From an uncultured Planctomycetota bacterium (GTDB lineage: Bacteria; Planctomycetota; Planctomycetia; Isosphaerales; Isosphaeraceae): a stretch of 64,000 bases of DNA. This document shows, one piece after another, positions 11,507 through 23,530 of the stretch. The stretch is from NCBI GenBank assembly GCA_963823665.1, contig CAWGMQ010000005.1, forward strand, positions 480,001 through 544,000, read 5' to 3'. How positions within the stretch are numbered: position 1 is the stretch's first letter; every line of letters begins with the position of its first letter. The position numbers were made by a program, and so were the translations under genes. The notes under the pieces are model-generated. The model saw only the letters and a program-made list of their open reading frames with translations, was not told where the DNA came from and searched no databases.

Positions 11507-11739
11507 GCGTCCTCCTCGTCCACTCGCCTCAAGTCGAGCCCGCCTCGATCTTCCACAACAATAAAATCCCAGCCACCGATGACACCAATTCGGCCGAACG
11601 CAACGGCGCGGCAACCCCGGTCTGACCGAGGCGCACAATAATCAGCCTGAGGTGTATGCATGCTATGGGCAGTATAAGAGTGTTACGAAAGACGGAACGC
11701 TTGTCAACGGCCAGCGATTGATCTCGGTCGCCCAGCTCA

Positions 11740-13011
11740 TCAATCAGCGCTCGTTTTCCCCTCTCGCGCAGGCGGGATGATGCTCGGCAGCTCGAGCCGC
11801 CGCCCACCGGACCCTCGCAGCATTTGATGCTTCGCCTGCGTCGTCTGTGAGAGCCCATGGATCTTGATGAACCCAAGCGCGGCCGACGAGTCGTACTGGT
11901 CCCCTTCCTCGTACGTCGCCAGCTCGTGGCGATACAGGCTGTGCTCACTCTTGCGGCCGACTACCTGCGCATGACCCTTGTAAAGCTTGAGCCGGACCGT
12001 CCCCGAAACATACTGCTGGTTCGAAACGGTGAACGCCATCAAGTCCTGGTGAAGCTGGCTGAACCAGAGACCATTGTAGATCAAGTCCGCATAGGCCTGG
12101 CTCACCAGCGTCTTGAAGCGGAGCGACTCCTTCGAGAGCGTCAAGAACTCGAGCTCGCGATGGGCCTCATGCAAGAGCACCGCCGCCGGCGCCTCGTAGA
12201 TCTCGCGCGATTTGATCCCGACCAGCCGGTTCTCGATGTGGTCGATCCGCCCGATTCCATGCTTCCCCGCGAGCAAATTCAGCTCACCAATCAGTTCCAC
12301 ACCGTCAAGCTCGCGTCCCCCCAGGGCAACCGGCTTGCCCCTTTCAAAGCCGATCTCGACTTCCTCCGCCCCCTCCGGCGCCAGCGCCGGGTCGGTCGTC
12401 CATTGAAAAGTCTCCGGCGGCGGCTCGACCCATGGATCTTCAAGTATGCCCGCCTCGATCGACCGCCCCCACAGGTTCTGGTCCGTACTGAAAATCGATT
12501 TCTTGGTGGCTTCAACCACAATCCCATGCTTCGCGGCGTACTCGAGCTCCTGCGTCCGCGTCCACTTCCATTCGCGCACCGGGGCGATGATCTTCAGCTC
12601 CGGCGCCAGCGTCTGAAACGTGACATCGAATCGGACCTGGTCGTTCCCCTTGCCCGTGCACCCATGCGCCACCGCGCTGGCACCATGCTCCCTCGCTACG
12701 CGCACCATCAATTGCGCAATCAGCGGCCGGCCCAGCGCCGTCGCCAGCGGATACTTCCCTTCGTAAAGCGCGCCCGCCGCCAGCGACGGAAACACGAAGT
12801 AATCGATGAACAAGTTGCGAGCGTCTTCCGCGAAGGCTTCCACAGCCCCGGTCCGCAGCGCCTTCTGCCTGATCGCCTCGATGTCCTGCCCCTGCCCCAG
12901 GTCGCAGGTGTAGGCGATCACATCCATGTTGTACGTTTCGTTGATCCACTTCACGGCGACCGAAGTGTCCAGCCCGCCGCTGTATGCCAGAACGACTTTC
13001 TCTCTCGCCAC
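11740..13011 (-). CDS. argG: Argininosuccinate synthase
   Basis: LAYSGGLDTS, HGCTGKGNDQVRF, ENRLVGIKSREIYE. Confidence 0.98.
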   Translation of the reverse strand: MAREKVVLAYSGGLDTSVAVKWINETYNMDVIAYTCDLGQGQDIEAIRQKALRTGAVEAFAEDARNLFIDYFVFPSLAAGALYEGKYPLATALGRPLIAQLMVRVAREHGASAVAHGCTGKGNDQVRFDVTFQTLAPELKIIAPVREWKWTRTQELEYAAKHGIVVEATKKSIFSTDQNLWGRSIEAGILEDPWVEPPPETFQWTTDPALAPEGAEEVEIGFERGKPVALGGRELDGVELIGELNLLAGKHGIGRIDHIENRLVGIKSREIYEAPAAVLLHEAHRELEFLTLSKESLRFKTLVSQAYADLIYNGLWFSQLHQDLMAFTVSNQQYVSGTVRLKLYKGHAQVVGRKSEHSLYRHELATYEEGDQYDSSAALGFIKIHGLSQTTQAKHQMLRGSGGRRLELPSIIPPAREGKTSAD

Positions 13012-13079
13012 CGCACTCTCTCCTCAAGCAGATTTACAGTGATTGTGCATTTGTATGCGAACGTGTTGTTTCGGGAATC

Positions 13080-14911
13080 TCAAAGCGCGAACGCTTTCTT
13101 CAAGCACTCGAGGCCTTCGCGCCCCCGGCCGATGTCGGTGCCGACGTTGATCCGCACCTCGCTCGTATTGATCAGGTTGATGTTGATCCCCCGCTCGGCC
13201 AGCGCCGCAAACATGCGGTTGGCGACCCCCGTGTGCGTGCGCATCCCCACGCCCACAACCGAGAGCTTGGCCAGCACCGGTTCTACCGAAACCTCGGCAA
13301 TACCCGCCTTCCGAACAGCCTCCACCGCACGGTCGGCCGAGCCTTGCGGCACTGTGAAGGAAAGTAGCGAGTCTCCCTCCATCGCCACGTTCTGAACGAT
13401 CATATCGACGAACACACCCGCCTTGCCGATCGCGCGGAAGACCATCGCGGCATAGCCCGGTCGGTCCGGCACGTGAAACAGCGAGACGCGCGCTTGCGAT
13501 TCGTCGAGATCGACCCCGCCAATCACCAGGTCCTCCATCCCCAGCGGCCGCGGCCCGCCCGTTGCCCCCTCGCCGCCTGCCTTTCCACCACTAGCCGGCT
13601 CCGCCTCCGCGTCAACCAGCGGCACCAGCTTCATCGCGCGGGGCTTGTCGCCCGACGGTGACCCGGGAATAAACGTCGACGATGCACCGTTCAATTTCTC
13701 GAGTGCAAACGCCTGGTGCGCCACTCGCAAGGCCGCCGCCCCCGACGCCCGATCCACCAGCACGCTGATCTTGATCTCACTTGTCGTGATCATCTGAATA
13801 TTGATGCCGGCCGAGGCCAGCACCTCGAACAGCGTCGTCGCCACGCCGGTATGCGTGCGCATCCCCAGCCCGACCACCGAAACCTTGGCGACCTCCGCAT
13901 CGTGCGTCACCGACGCCGCCCCGATCTCCCGCGAGGCTGCCTCCGCCGCACGCAGCGTCTCCGGCAAGTCCCCCTTCGCAACCGTGAAACTCACTTCCGT
14001 CTTGCCGCCCCGCGAAACGTTCTGAACGATCATGTCCACCACGATCTTCGCCGCCGCGATCGTGCGGAAGATCGCATGGACCACCCCCGGCCGGTCGGGC
14101 ACGCCTCGTATCGTGATCCGCGCTTCATCCTTCGCAAGTGCCGCTCCCGTCACCGGCGCACCCAGCCGCTCGGCCTCCCGCTCGTCCACAATCCACGTCC
14201 CCGCCGCGTCCGAAAACGAGCCTCCGCACGTGGATCGGCACACCGTACTTCTTCGCAAATTCGATCGACCGCGAATGCATCACGCCCGCGCCCAGGCTCG
14301 CCAGCTCCAGCATCTCGTCATAGCTGATCCGGTCGATCTTCCGCGCTTCCGGAACGATCCGCGGGTCCGTCGTGTACACACCGTCGACATCGGTGTAGAT
14401 CTCGCATCCGGCCGCGCCCAGCACGGCCGCCAGCGCAACAGCCGTCGTGTCCGACCCGCCCCGGCCCAGCGTTGTGATGTTGTAGTGCTCGTCCACCCCT
14501 TGAAATCCCGCGACAATCACGATCTTCCCATCCCCGAGCGCCTGCACCATGCGCTCGGTCGAAATGTTCCTGATCCGCGCCTTGGTGTGGAAGCTGTCGG
14601 TGACCAGCCCGATCTGCGCACCCGGTGAAACTGATCGCCGGCACGCCCAGGCTGCCGATCGCCATCGCCATCAAGGCCACGCTCACCTGCTCGCCCGTCG
14701 CCAGTAGCATGTCCATCTCGCGGGCCGGCGGGCTCTCGGTGATCTCCTTGGCCAGCTCGATCAGCTCGTCTGTCGTGTGCCCCCGCGCCGAAACCACGAC
14801 CAGCACCTGGTCGCCGCGATTGTGAGCCTGTATCGCACGCCTCGCCGCCGCCAAGATCTTGCCCGAATCGGCCAGGCTCGTCCCACCAAATTTTTGAACC
14901 AGTAAAGACAC
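13080..14911 (-). CDS. lysC: Aspartate kinase with four ACT domains; split by two single-base frameshifts (~14623, ~14222), probably sequencing errors
   Basis: [39 protein letters not shown] in three frames; each join is restored by removing one G; two ACT pairs (PDRPG...[19 protein letters not shown]). Confidence 0.92.
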
Positions 14912-14977
14912 GTTGATGTCCTGGATGCGCGTGGACTGGGTTAAGCAATGTTGGACAACAATTCGTAGAGCACAAGC

Positions 14978-16213
14978 TCAGCTCACATTCCGCCCATCCC
15001 AGCCAAGGTCGAGAAATCGGCTCATGAGCTGATGACCTGACTCGAAGAACGGCCCGCCCCCCGAGAGCGCGGCGGCTTCGTCATAGGTGCTCCCGGAAGC
15101 GGGCAGCCCCGTGCCGGCCATCGCCCAGGCCACCGGCGCACGGTCGTGCGCCCGCGTCCTCAGCAATGTGGAATGGTCCGGCGAGATCAAGATGCGCCAC
15201 CGATCATACGCGGCCAGCGCACCTCGCAACGGGCCGACAACGTCCTGATCAATCCGTTCCAGCGCCTCAACCTTCGCCCCGTGCCGCCCCTCGTGGCTCG
15301 CCTCATCCGGCGCCTCCACGTGCACGCATACGATGTCGTGATCGACCAGCGCCTGGATCGCATACCGCCCCTTGGCCGCGTAATCCGTGTCGAGGTAGCC
15401 GGTCGCGCCGGGAACATCAACGCGAGTCCACCCAGCAAGCTGGCCCACCCCTCGCACCAGATCGACAGCCGAGATGATCGCCCCTTGTAACCGATGAAGC
15501 TCAAGGAATCGGGGAACACTCGGCGCCTTCCCCTGCCCCCACAGCCAGATCGCATTCGCCGGCGATTTTCCAGCTTTGATCCGTGCCTGATTCACCGGAT
15601 GGCTAGCAAGGATCGCCGACGCCGCGGCCATCAATTCCTTGAGTAACCCCGCCCCCGGCCCGCGCGGCAAGTGCGAAGAAGCCGGCGCACCAGGATGATC
15701 GTGCGGCGGATCGGTAACAGTCTCGTCCGTGAACGGCTCTTCCCCGGGCCGCCCGCGATAAAGCAACAAGTTGCGATAGCTCACACCCGCCCGGAACTCG
15801 ATGTTCGGCCTACCAAGGGCAGCCTGAATTGCCCCGATAAGGGCCGCCCCCTCCTCACTCGTGATATGTCCCGCCGTGAAATCCGTGAGCTTACCGTCAA
15901 GTATGGTCATCAGGTTGCATCGAATCGCCCAGTCGTCCGGCCTCAGGCTGATGCCCATCGCCGCCGCTTCCAGCGGAGCCCGCCCCGTGTAATACCGCTC
16001 CGGGTCATATCCCAGCAAACTGAGCGTCGCCACGTCACTCGCAGGCAAGAACCGATCCGGCACATTGCGTGATCGGCCCACAATCCCGCTCGCGGCAATC
16101 GCATCCATCTCCGGAATCCGCGCCGCTTCGAGCGCCGTACGGTCCCCGAGCGCCGCAAACGGCTCGTCCGCCGCGCCGTCAGGTATCACGATGACAAACT
16201 TGGTGCTGGCCAT
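14978..16213 (-). CDS. apgM: ApgM-family cofactor-independent phosphoglycerate mutase-like protein (family also proposed as a homoserine kinase)
   Basis: PDGAADEP, ASDVATLSLLGYDP, YTGRAPLEAA, HVEAPDEASHEG, PDHST. Confidence 0.85.
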   Translation of the reverse strand: MASTKFVIVIPDGAADEPFAALGDRTALEAARIPEMDAIAASGIVGRSRNVPDRFLPASDVATLSLLGYDPERYYTGRAPLEAAAMGISLRPDDWAIRCNLMTILDGKLTDFTAGHITSEEGAALIGAIQAALGRPNIEFRAGVSYRNLLLYRGRPGEEPFTDETVTDPPHDHPGAPASSHLPRGPGAGLLKELMAAASAILASHPVNQARIKAGKSPANAIWLWGQGKAPSVPRFLELHRLQGAIISAVDLVRGVGQLAGWTRVDVPGATGYLDTDYAAKGRYAIQALVDHDIVCVHVEAPDEASHEGRHGAKVEALERIDQDVVGPLRGALAAYDRWRILISPDHSTLLRTRAHDRAPVAWAMAGTGLPASGSTYDEAAALSGGGPFFESGHQLMSRFLDLGWDGRNVS

Positions 16214-16268
16214 GGATGAGGTTTCAAAGATGATTTACTTCTACTTACTGCTTACTTCGCCACGACGC

Positions 16269-16709
16269 TCAGGGAGTTTTCACTCCCGAAGCCTGAAGCA
16301 CCGCGTCGTCTTGCGACCTGTCCATGCTGGCAGGCGCATCAGGAATCGGCGGCCGCGTTAAATGGAAACGCGCCTCGGTCCACTCCGCCGCCTTCTCGAA
16401 TCGGTTGGCTTGCTTCTCGCACTTATCTTCCCACACCTTCACTCGCTCGAGCTCGCGTTTCGTTCGCTTGAGCCGGTGAAATTCCCCGGTCGCCGCATAG
16501 GCATTCGACTCGCTGTTCAGCGTCACTTCGTCCACCCTGGCCTTCTCGCCGGATTCCCTCCAGTTATACGCCATCTGGCGGTAATACGCATCAACGTCCT
16601 CGGCCATGGAGGCGCAGCCCGCCATTCCCAGGGCCGTTAGAAAGAGCGCAGGAAGGAACAGCCACGGCCTCGTGCCCGGACGAGGCGCCTCCGGAAGACT
16701 GGTTGACAT
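16269..16709 (-). CDS. Hypothetical lipoprotein
   Basis: Hydrophobic stretch ending in lipobox-like LGMAGC, followed by a coiled-coil-like body; GGGAGG RBS. Confidence 0.6.
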   Translation of the reverse strand: MSTSLPEAPRPGTRPWLFLPALFLTALGMAGCASMAEDVDAYYRQMAYNWRESGEKARVDEVTLNSESNAYAATGEFHRLKRTKRELERVKVWEDKCEKQANRFEKAAEWTEARFHLTRPPIPDAPASMDRSQDDAVLQASGVKTP

Positions 16710-16837
16710 CGCCACGACCTCCCTGTCGTTGGTTCTGTCTCGACCCGTGGATTTGCTCCACTTGTTGAAGCGCCGAATCCATCCGGCGCATATTCGCAGT
16801 CGTGGCATATTAAGATGGATGAGCAAACCTGACAATC

Positions 16838-18142
16838 TCAGTCTTCGACGCCCAGGCAGACGCTGGCTGCATGCACGGCATCAAGCCGGTCGATGTCGGA
16901 GAGCGCCGCGTACAGATCGGCTTGGACTGCAAGATGGGTCATGATCACCAGGGGTACAGGGCTTCCGTCGGGCTCGTCGTCTCCCGGGTCGTGCTGGATC
17001 AGGCTCGCAATGCTGATCCCCTGCTCTCCCAGTATCTTCGCCAGCCTGGCCAGCACACCCGGTCTGTCTGCGATGGTAAACCGGAGATAATAGCGAGACT
17101 TGACCTGACTGGCAGGTGTGAGGGAGATCGGGGAGAGCACTTCGCCGCCATTGAAAGTGTTTTCGGCGGGCGGCCTGGCCCGTCCGGTGACGACGTCGAT
17201 CAGGTCGCCGACGACCGCCGAAGCCGTCGGCATCGCACCGGCTCCCCGGCCGTAGAACAGCGTATCTCCCACGGCGTCCCCGACCACGCGAATCGCGTTA
17301 TAAGGTCCGCCAATCTCCGCCAGCGGCCGCCCGTGTTTAACGAGTGTTGGCGCCACCCGGAGTTCGAGCCCCGCGCTCGAGAGCTTGGCGAGTGCCAGCA
17401 GCTTGATGGCGTATCCCAGCTCACCCGCGTACTTGAGATCGGCGAGCGCGAGTGAGTCGATCCCCTGCCGCGGGATCTCGTCTGGCCGCACCTGCGTCTC
17501 GAAAGCAAGCTGAGCGAGGATCGCCAGCTTATGAGCGGTGTCGGTTCCATCGACGTCGAGCGTAGGGTCCGCCTCGGCGTAGCCCAGCTCTTGCGCCTTC
17601 CGCAGCGCATCCTCATAAGGAAGCCCCTCGCTCGTCATCCGGGTGAGCACATAATTGCACGTGCCGTTCACAATGGCGGCGATGCTCTGCACCTGGTTGG
17701 CCGCGAGTGCAAAGCCGAGCGCCTGCACGATCGGTATCCCGCCGCCGACGCTCCCCTCGAAAGCGACCGCCCGGTGTGATGCCCGGGCCTGGGCAAAGAT
17801 CCTCGGCCCATATTCCGCCAGGAGTGCTTTATTCGCCGTGACAACGTGCTTGCCCGCCTTGAGTGCCGAGAGAACGTACTCGATCGCCGGCTCGATCCCA
17901 CCCATGGTCTCGATAACGACCTCGACCTCGGGATCGTCGATTATTTGGCGAACGTCCGTGGTGAGCTTGACGCCCTCAAGCGATACACCGCGCGCCTTCC
18001 GCAGATCGCGCACCGCGGCCCACTTCCACCGCACGGCCCTGCCCGCGCGCCGCCTGATGCGGTCCGCATGTTCGGTCAACAGCCGAGCCACCCCGGTCCC
18101 CACCGTCCCCAGCCCGATCAACCCGATCGTGACCTCGTGCAT
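16838..18142 (-). CDS. hom: Homoserine dehydrogenase with C-terminal ACT domain
   Basis: GLGTVGTG, VVTANKA, FEGSVGGGIP, GYAEADPTLDVDG, GRGAG. Confidence 0.97.
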   Translation of the reverse strand: MHEVTIGLIGLGTVGTGVARLLTEHADRIRRRAGRAVRWKWAAVRDLRKARGVSLEGVKLTTDVRQIIDDPEVEVVIETMGGIEPAIEYVLSALKAGKHVVTANKALLAEYGPRIFAQARASHRAVAFEGSVGGGIPIVQALGFALAANQVQSIAAIVNGTCNYVLTRMTSEGLPYEDALRKAQELGYAEADPTLDVDGTDTAHKLAILAQLAFETQVRPDEIPRQGIDSLALADLKYAGELGYAIKLLALAKLSSAGLELRVAPTLVKHGRPLAEIGGPYNAIRVVGDAVGDTLFYGRGAGAMPTASAVVGDLIDVVTGRARPPAENTFNGGEVLSPISLTPASQVKSRYYLRFTIADRPGVLARLAKILGEQGISIASLIQHDPGDDEPDGSPVPLVIMTHLAVQADLYAALSDIDRLDAVHAASVCLGVED

Positions 18143-18342
18143 TATTTGATTTCACCCATTCCTGCCCGACCCTCCAGACATCGATGCCAGCGCCCGGAAA
18201 ATGATAGCAAACGAGAACCAAATGAGACTAATCCGATACTCCCGACTCTTCACTCCCGCCGTTCGCCTTTCCCTCCGCGAAAGTGCGAAGCCCCCGCCCT
18301 TTCACTCCCTAAGTCGGCACGGGCCTCGCACATACAAACGAT

Positions 18343-20776
18343 TCACGGCGACCGCGGCCCGTATTTCCGAAGAAACGCGACCGCGTTCGGCAACAGCCCC
18401 TGAACGCTGTCGAGTATCTCGCCTACCGAAACATCGGGTTGACTCGCGATCACCCCGCGCCGGCGCTCAAACTCCTGCTTCGCCATTTCACGTCGCCGCG
18501 CCCTTTCACGTCCCCGCCGCCGTCTCTCCCGCTTGGAAACCGGCTCCGGCGCCCGAGACGGCACAACACAACCCTCTTCGCCCAGAGACGCCGAAAGCTC
18601 ATCACCGCCGACGTCCTCCTGGCAGCCTGTCTCCCCCCCTCCGTGTCTCCCGGCCGCCAAAGGTTCGGTCTGCGCGTCGCCCGCTGCCTCGCCTGGTTCG
18701 TCGTCCACGATTTCGTTTTGTATATTCGTCGCGGGGTCTTTCTCTGTAAGGGTTAAGGAAACGAAATCGCCCAGCCCAACTTGTCCGGAATCCGTGGCCG
18801 CGTGCTCAATTTCCGCCTCCGTGTGGCCCTGGCCCCGCTGCGTGTGACCCTCAGTTCGGCGCGGGTCTCGGGCACCCGAAGGGTCGCCGCCGTCCCCCTC
18901 GGAAGTTTCAGTTCGGCGCGGGTCTCGGGCACCCGAAGGGTCGCCGCCGTCCCCCCGACCGAAGGTCTCCTTTCGCCCCCCGCCGTCCCCCTCGGAAGTT
19001 TCAGTTCGGCGCGGGTCTCGGGCACCCGAAGGGTCGACGCCGTCCCCCCTACCGCAGGTCTCCTCTTGCCCCCCACCGTCCCCGGGATCACTTCCCCCTG
19101 TCTCGCATGCACCCAAAACGTCCCCGCCAACCACGCGATCACCCGCACCTTCCACCACCCCGATGTCATTCGTCCCCAACCCGTCGATTTCGTTTTGTAT
19201 ATTCGTCTCAAGCTCTTGTCCCGTAAGGGTTAATGGAACGAAATCGCTCAGCCCAGCCTGTCCGAAATCCGTCGCCCCATCCTGGCTTTCCGCCCGGGTC
19301 AGGGCGTCCTGTTTCATCGCGCTGTCATCCGCCACCTCATCCACCCGATTGGTCGCCGACGCTTCCTGAACGCCACCATTCCCCGCCTCCGTCTCACACG
19401 CCCGACCGGCAATCGCTTCTGTATGTCCCTGGCTCTGCACGTGCGCAGCCTTCGCGCCCACATCACTCGGGCTGCCACCTGCGTAGCGCGCCACCACCGT
19501 CAGACGCACGCCAATACGGACTCTCACAAGGCTGCGGCCCGCGCTCCGCCTTCCAGCGAGCCAACCCCGCCTCGAGGTCGCCGTCATACCCCTGGGCATC
19601 GCGCACGGTCCCACGCTCGTCAAGCACAAACCGCTCATCGTGCATGATCCCGCGTCGTGCTAGCGCTTTCCTCCGTTCTCGGTCCCGGCGCACCTTCTCC
19701 CACCCGTCCTCGTCCCAGCGGTGCCATCTCTTGATCGTGTCGAGGTTCCGAATCACCAGCCGGTTGGAGCTCTCAAGATGACGCTCAATCTGCCCGACGT
19801 TCTTGACCTCCGCATCGCTCACAGTATTGGTTTCGACCATCTCGAGAATCTCGTCGCCTTCCGCGGCCTCGGCTTCGAGCCTCCACAGCCGCTCAATCGC
19901 CTGGTCGATGATCTCCAGCAGCACGGCCCGTCCAGCCGCTGCATTCGCCGGCGTGAGCGCGCGTAGCTCCGGGCGCGAGAGCTGGCCCTCATAAAACTTG
20001 ACCCGGTCATAGTGGATCTCGCACCGTAGCTCGCGGAAGGCGGACTTGAAGACCGGCCTCATGGCATGGCTCGCAAGGAACACCAAGGCGGCCTCTCGAT
20101 CAAAGAGCGCGTCGAGCGGCTGCTTGCCCAGTAAACGGGCGGCCGTGAGTTTTTGACAGGAGACCCATCCCTCTCCCGAATCAATCGGCTTCCTCACCTC
20201 GCCTAGGCGGTCCAGCAGCCAGCGTCGGCCGGCGCGCGTCGCTTCAAGCTGGATGACCAACCTGCGCGGCTTATCCGGGTCATCGGCTACCCCCGAATCG
20301 GAGGTCCGCGGCTGCTTGTGCTCATAGTCCCCCGATGGATAGAGCTGCGATGGTCCCCTGCGGTCAAAGAGCAAGCGGTCGCCCAGCCCCTCTGCCGCCA
20401 GTGTCTCCTCAGCCGCCTGCGCCCGCGATCGCCGCACGATATCGCCGGTCACGCGGTTAACTTCCAAGCGGTTAGCACGCTCGGCCCGCCAGCAAGCCAT
20501 CGCTGCCAGCTTGGCCAGATCTGCCTCGGCTTGATTTCGAACCTGATGACTCGTTGTGTACGCATCAATCTTCGCCTGAAGCTCCGCCGGATCCTCCCCC
20601 GGCAGAACCGGCGTCTTCGCCGTAAGTCCATGCTTGATTGCATTGAACCGCGAGCCATTTCCCGTACGAGCAACTGGACCGCCCGTTTCAACCGCCGCCG
20701 CAGCTTGCAAGTTCATAAGCTCACCATGACCATATCTTTGCGACAAAAGCCAGACAGTTTCCCCACAGTCCGTCAC
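18343..20776 (-). CDS. Planctomycete-type hypothetical protein (SRFNAIKHGL family) with repetitive C-terminus; frameshift near 19490
   Basis: SRFNAIKHGLTAKTPVLPGEDP N-terminal motif; continues in the 18343..19638 frame with QNEI and DPRRTE repeats. Confidence 0.65.
18708..19280. repeat. ~95-bp imperfect direct repeat pair (18708-18803, 19186-19280) flanking the short repeat array
   Basis: CGATTTCGTTTTGTATATTCGTC...GTAAGGGTTAA.G.AACGAAATCGC.CAGCCCA occurs twice. Confidence 0.85.
18851..19047. repeat. Three copies of a ~47-bp palindromic unit TCAGTTCGGCGCGGGTCTCGGGCACCCGAAGGGTCG(C/A)CGCCGTCCCC
   Basis: Copies at 18851, 18908 and 19001 (spacings 57 and 93, both in frame); internal CGGGT/ACCCG stem. 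Confidence 0.9.
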
Positions 20777-21005
20777 GCGAATGCCTTATATTTGCACCTC
20801 TGACGGGCAGATGACCGATCTCACGCGCTTGCACGACCACCCGTGCCGAGGACGCGGCATCCCCGATCAGCTACGTAGACTCCACAATATAGGTCATCAT
20901 TGCCGCATAGGCAAAAAATACTGCCATAAAAATTGCGGAGCTCCGCGAATCCCGTTCGATTGAGTCGATCGCATATGGCCCCGACGCGTCAGCGACGCCA
21001 TCGCC

Positions 21006-21026
21006 GTAGGGTGGGTGCAACCCAAC
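21006..21026 (+). repeat. GTAG-type REP-like hairpin
   Basis: GTAGGGTGGGTGCAACCCAAC: GTAG head plus TGGGT/ACCCA stem; single copy seen. Confidence 0.4.
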
Positions 21027-21074
21027 GCCTTCGCGACCTGGCAATCACCCGCCAACCCCCGGCAATTCGTCGTT

Positions 21075-21838
21075 TCAGCCCACAGTAGGCGCAGGCCCGG
21101 CAATCAGCGCGACGGGAAAGCTTCGCTTGAACTTGGGCCAACCGTTAGCGTCCCCCTGAACGACAATCGCCCAGGTCACCGACCGCTCCGGCGACCAGGT
21201 TTGCGTCACGGCGTCAGCGGGTATGGAGACCGTCCACTGTCGGCGATAGTGCGTGTTCACGTTGATCACCAGCGCGCCAGGCGGCGCGATCTCGACCACG
21301 CACACGGGCCGTGACTGCACGTACGGTTGAACGGTCGTTCCCTGGGCGTTGTACGGGTCGGGAGCCGTGCCCCAGGTAACGCTATGTTCCTCACCGACCA
21401 GATCGACTCGCCATGTCTTGCTGCGCAACGGTCCGGCCTGCGTGACGAAGACTTCGACAGCTTGTCCCGGCTGGAGCGGATTGGCTGAAATCTCCACGAT
21501 CGTGGGTGCGACAACCAGCGCAACGCGAGCTCTGCGACACACTTTAAAAGAATCCACAACCCAAACCCGCTGATGAACAAGGCAACCGCCCCCAGCAGTA
21601 GGCCAAACACGATCGATTCTCGGAATAGCGCCAAAGCCAAGAAACCAAGCCCAACGCCCCCGACCGAGATGATCGCGAAGCCGAGCAGCATGACGACGAG
21701 CCCCCGCCAAAAGCTGGGGCGAGCGTCAGAAAGCCGGAACGCCAGCGTATCGCCCGATCGCACCATTTCGATGTCCTGACTCCTGACCTGCAAGCTCGTC
21801 GAAAAAACGCCCGACTCTCCGGTTGGCGCTCTCCCCAC
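21075..21838 (-). CDS. Hypothetical membrane protein (2 TM + beta-rich C-terminus), frameshifted near 21520
   Basis: TM region in the 21266..21838 frame joins 'APTIVEISANPLQPGQ...KFKRSFPVALI' in the 21075..21710 frame. Confidence 0.55.
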
Positions 21839-22177
21839 CCGCAGGCACGATTATCGATCAACAACGCTAGCTCAGCCAAGGCCACCCGACCCCAGTGCCC
21901 TCCTCAGAAATGATCTACAAAACCCCAATTCCTTTTACGCGAATCCGAGTCGATCCCAAGATTTATTTGTCCCAGCGCCCGCACAACCCGACCTGGCAGT
22001 CACCCACCAACAGTCCCCAAGCCGAGCTTCGAGACCATTTCCCCGCTCCCCCATTGTCGCCCTTCGCTCCGAGGCTGTGATTTTTTCGGCATTGGGGTTG
22101 ATTTTGCATAGTGTTCATGTTCTAATACCATGCATTGATCCCTGCGCCTTGGACTCACGCCTAGCAGGACGAGCGTC

Positions 22178-23530
22178 ATGGCACTTCCCCTCTTTGGCCC
22201 CGAAGACTTGCCAGATCCGCCTTCTCCCGCCCAAGCTGCCCAGTCGACGCCAACTGGCAAGCCACGGCTGCGGCACCCCATACGCGACCAGGTCGAAATG
22301 CGCTGGGCGTCGCTCGATGAATTGCTCGAGGGCGACCATCCGGCCCGGGTCGTCTGGGCGGCGGTCTGCAAGCTCGATCTGAAGGCCTGGCTCAGCGAGA
22401 TCAAGGCCGTCGAGCGGCATGTCGGCCGAGACGCCACCGATCCCCGCTTGCTGGTCGCGTTGTGGACTTTCGCGACGTTGAAGGGAATCGGCAGTGCGCG
22501 TGAACTCGAACGGCTGTGCGAACAGAACCAAGGGAGTCTGCCGTACCAGTGGCTGTGCGGCGGTGTAACCGTCAACCACAGTATGTTGTCCCACTTCCGC
22601 GCCGGTGGGGGCGAGAAGTTGGACGAGCTGCTGACGCAGATCGTGGGCACCCTGCTCGATGCCGGGTTGGTGAAAATGGATCGGGTCGCTCAGGACGGGA
22701 TGCGAGTGCGTGCCAGCGCCGGCAAGAGTTCGTTTCGTCGCCGCGGTAGCCTGGAGGAAAGCCTGAAAGCGGCGCAGGAGCAGGTCGAGGCACTCAAGAA
22801 ACTGGCCGAGGAGGACACAGCAGAACTGACTCGACGGCAGCGTGCAGCGCGGGAGCGTGCCGCCGGCGAGCGACAGCAGCGGATCGAAGAAGCGATGCGT
22901 CAGTGCGAGGAGTTGCAACGGGAACGTGACGCATCCTACGCCCGTAAAGGGCGGGAAGCCCGTGCTTCGACTACCGATCCCGAGGCGCGGGTCATGAAGT
23001 TTGCCGACGGAGGATTCCGGCCGGGATATAACGTTCAATTCGCGACCGACACCGAGAGCGGTGTCATCGTGGGTGTGGAGGTGACCAACGCTGGGAACGA
23101 CGGCGAAGAACTTCCGCCCATGCTCGACCAGTTGGAGGAGCGTTACGAACGAATGCCGGATGAAGGCATTGGTTGACGGCGGCTTCGCGACCAAGGACTC
23201 GATCAATCAGGCCGATAAACGCGGCTGCATGGTGTACGCGCCAATTAGAGACGAGGAAAAGAAACGTGCGAAAGGAGAAGATCCCCACGCGCCCGGGAAG
23301 ACGACAGTCCTGCGGTTGCCGCTTGGCGGAGCCGGATGGGGACTGAAGCCGCGAAGCTGATCTACCGGCTGCGAGGCCAAACGGCGGAGTGGGTCAACGC
23401 CCAAGCCCGCAACCGGGGATTCTGGTTTATGCCCGTGCGGGGCCGACCGCGTTGTCGCAGCGTCGCATCGTTGTTTGCAATTGCTCATAACCTGGTTGTC
23501 GTAGAGAGACTGCGCACGGCGATGGGCTAA
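22178..23530 (+). mobile_element. IS1182-family transposase, frameshifted at ~23165 and ~23298
   Basis: SLDELLEGDHPAR, GIGSARELERLC...YQWLCG, AQDGMRVRASA, STTDPEARVMK...GYNVQ, LVDGGF, YRLRGQTAEWVN; element ends only weakly defined (~22072, ~23596). Confidence 0.88.

Noticed and set aside
13080..14911. lysC pseudogene or programmed frameshifting
   Set aside because: No slippery sites or other decay; single extra G at both joins; window-wide indel pattern
18851..19047. CRISPR array
   Set aside because: Only three units, spacers irregular and self-similar, located inside an ORF, and no cas genes
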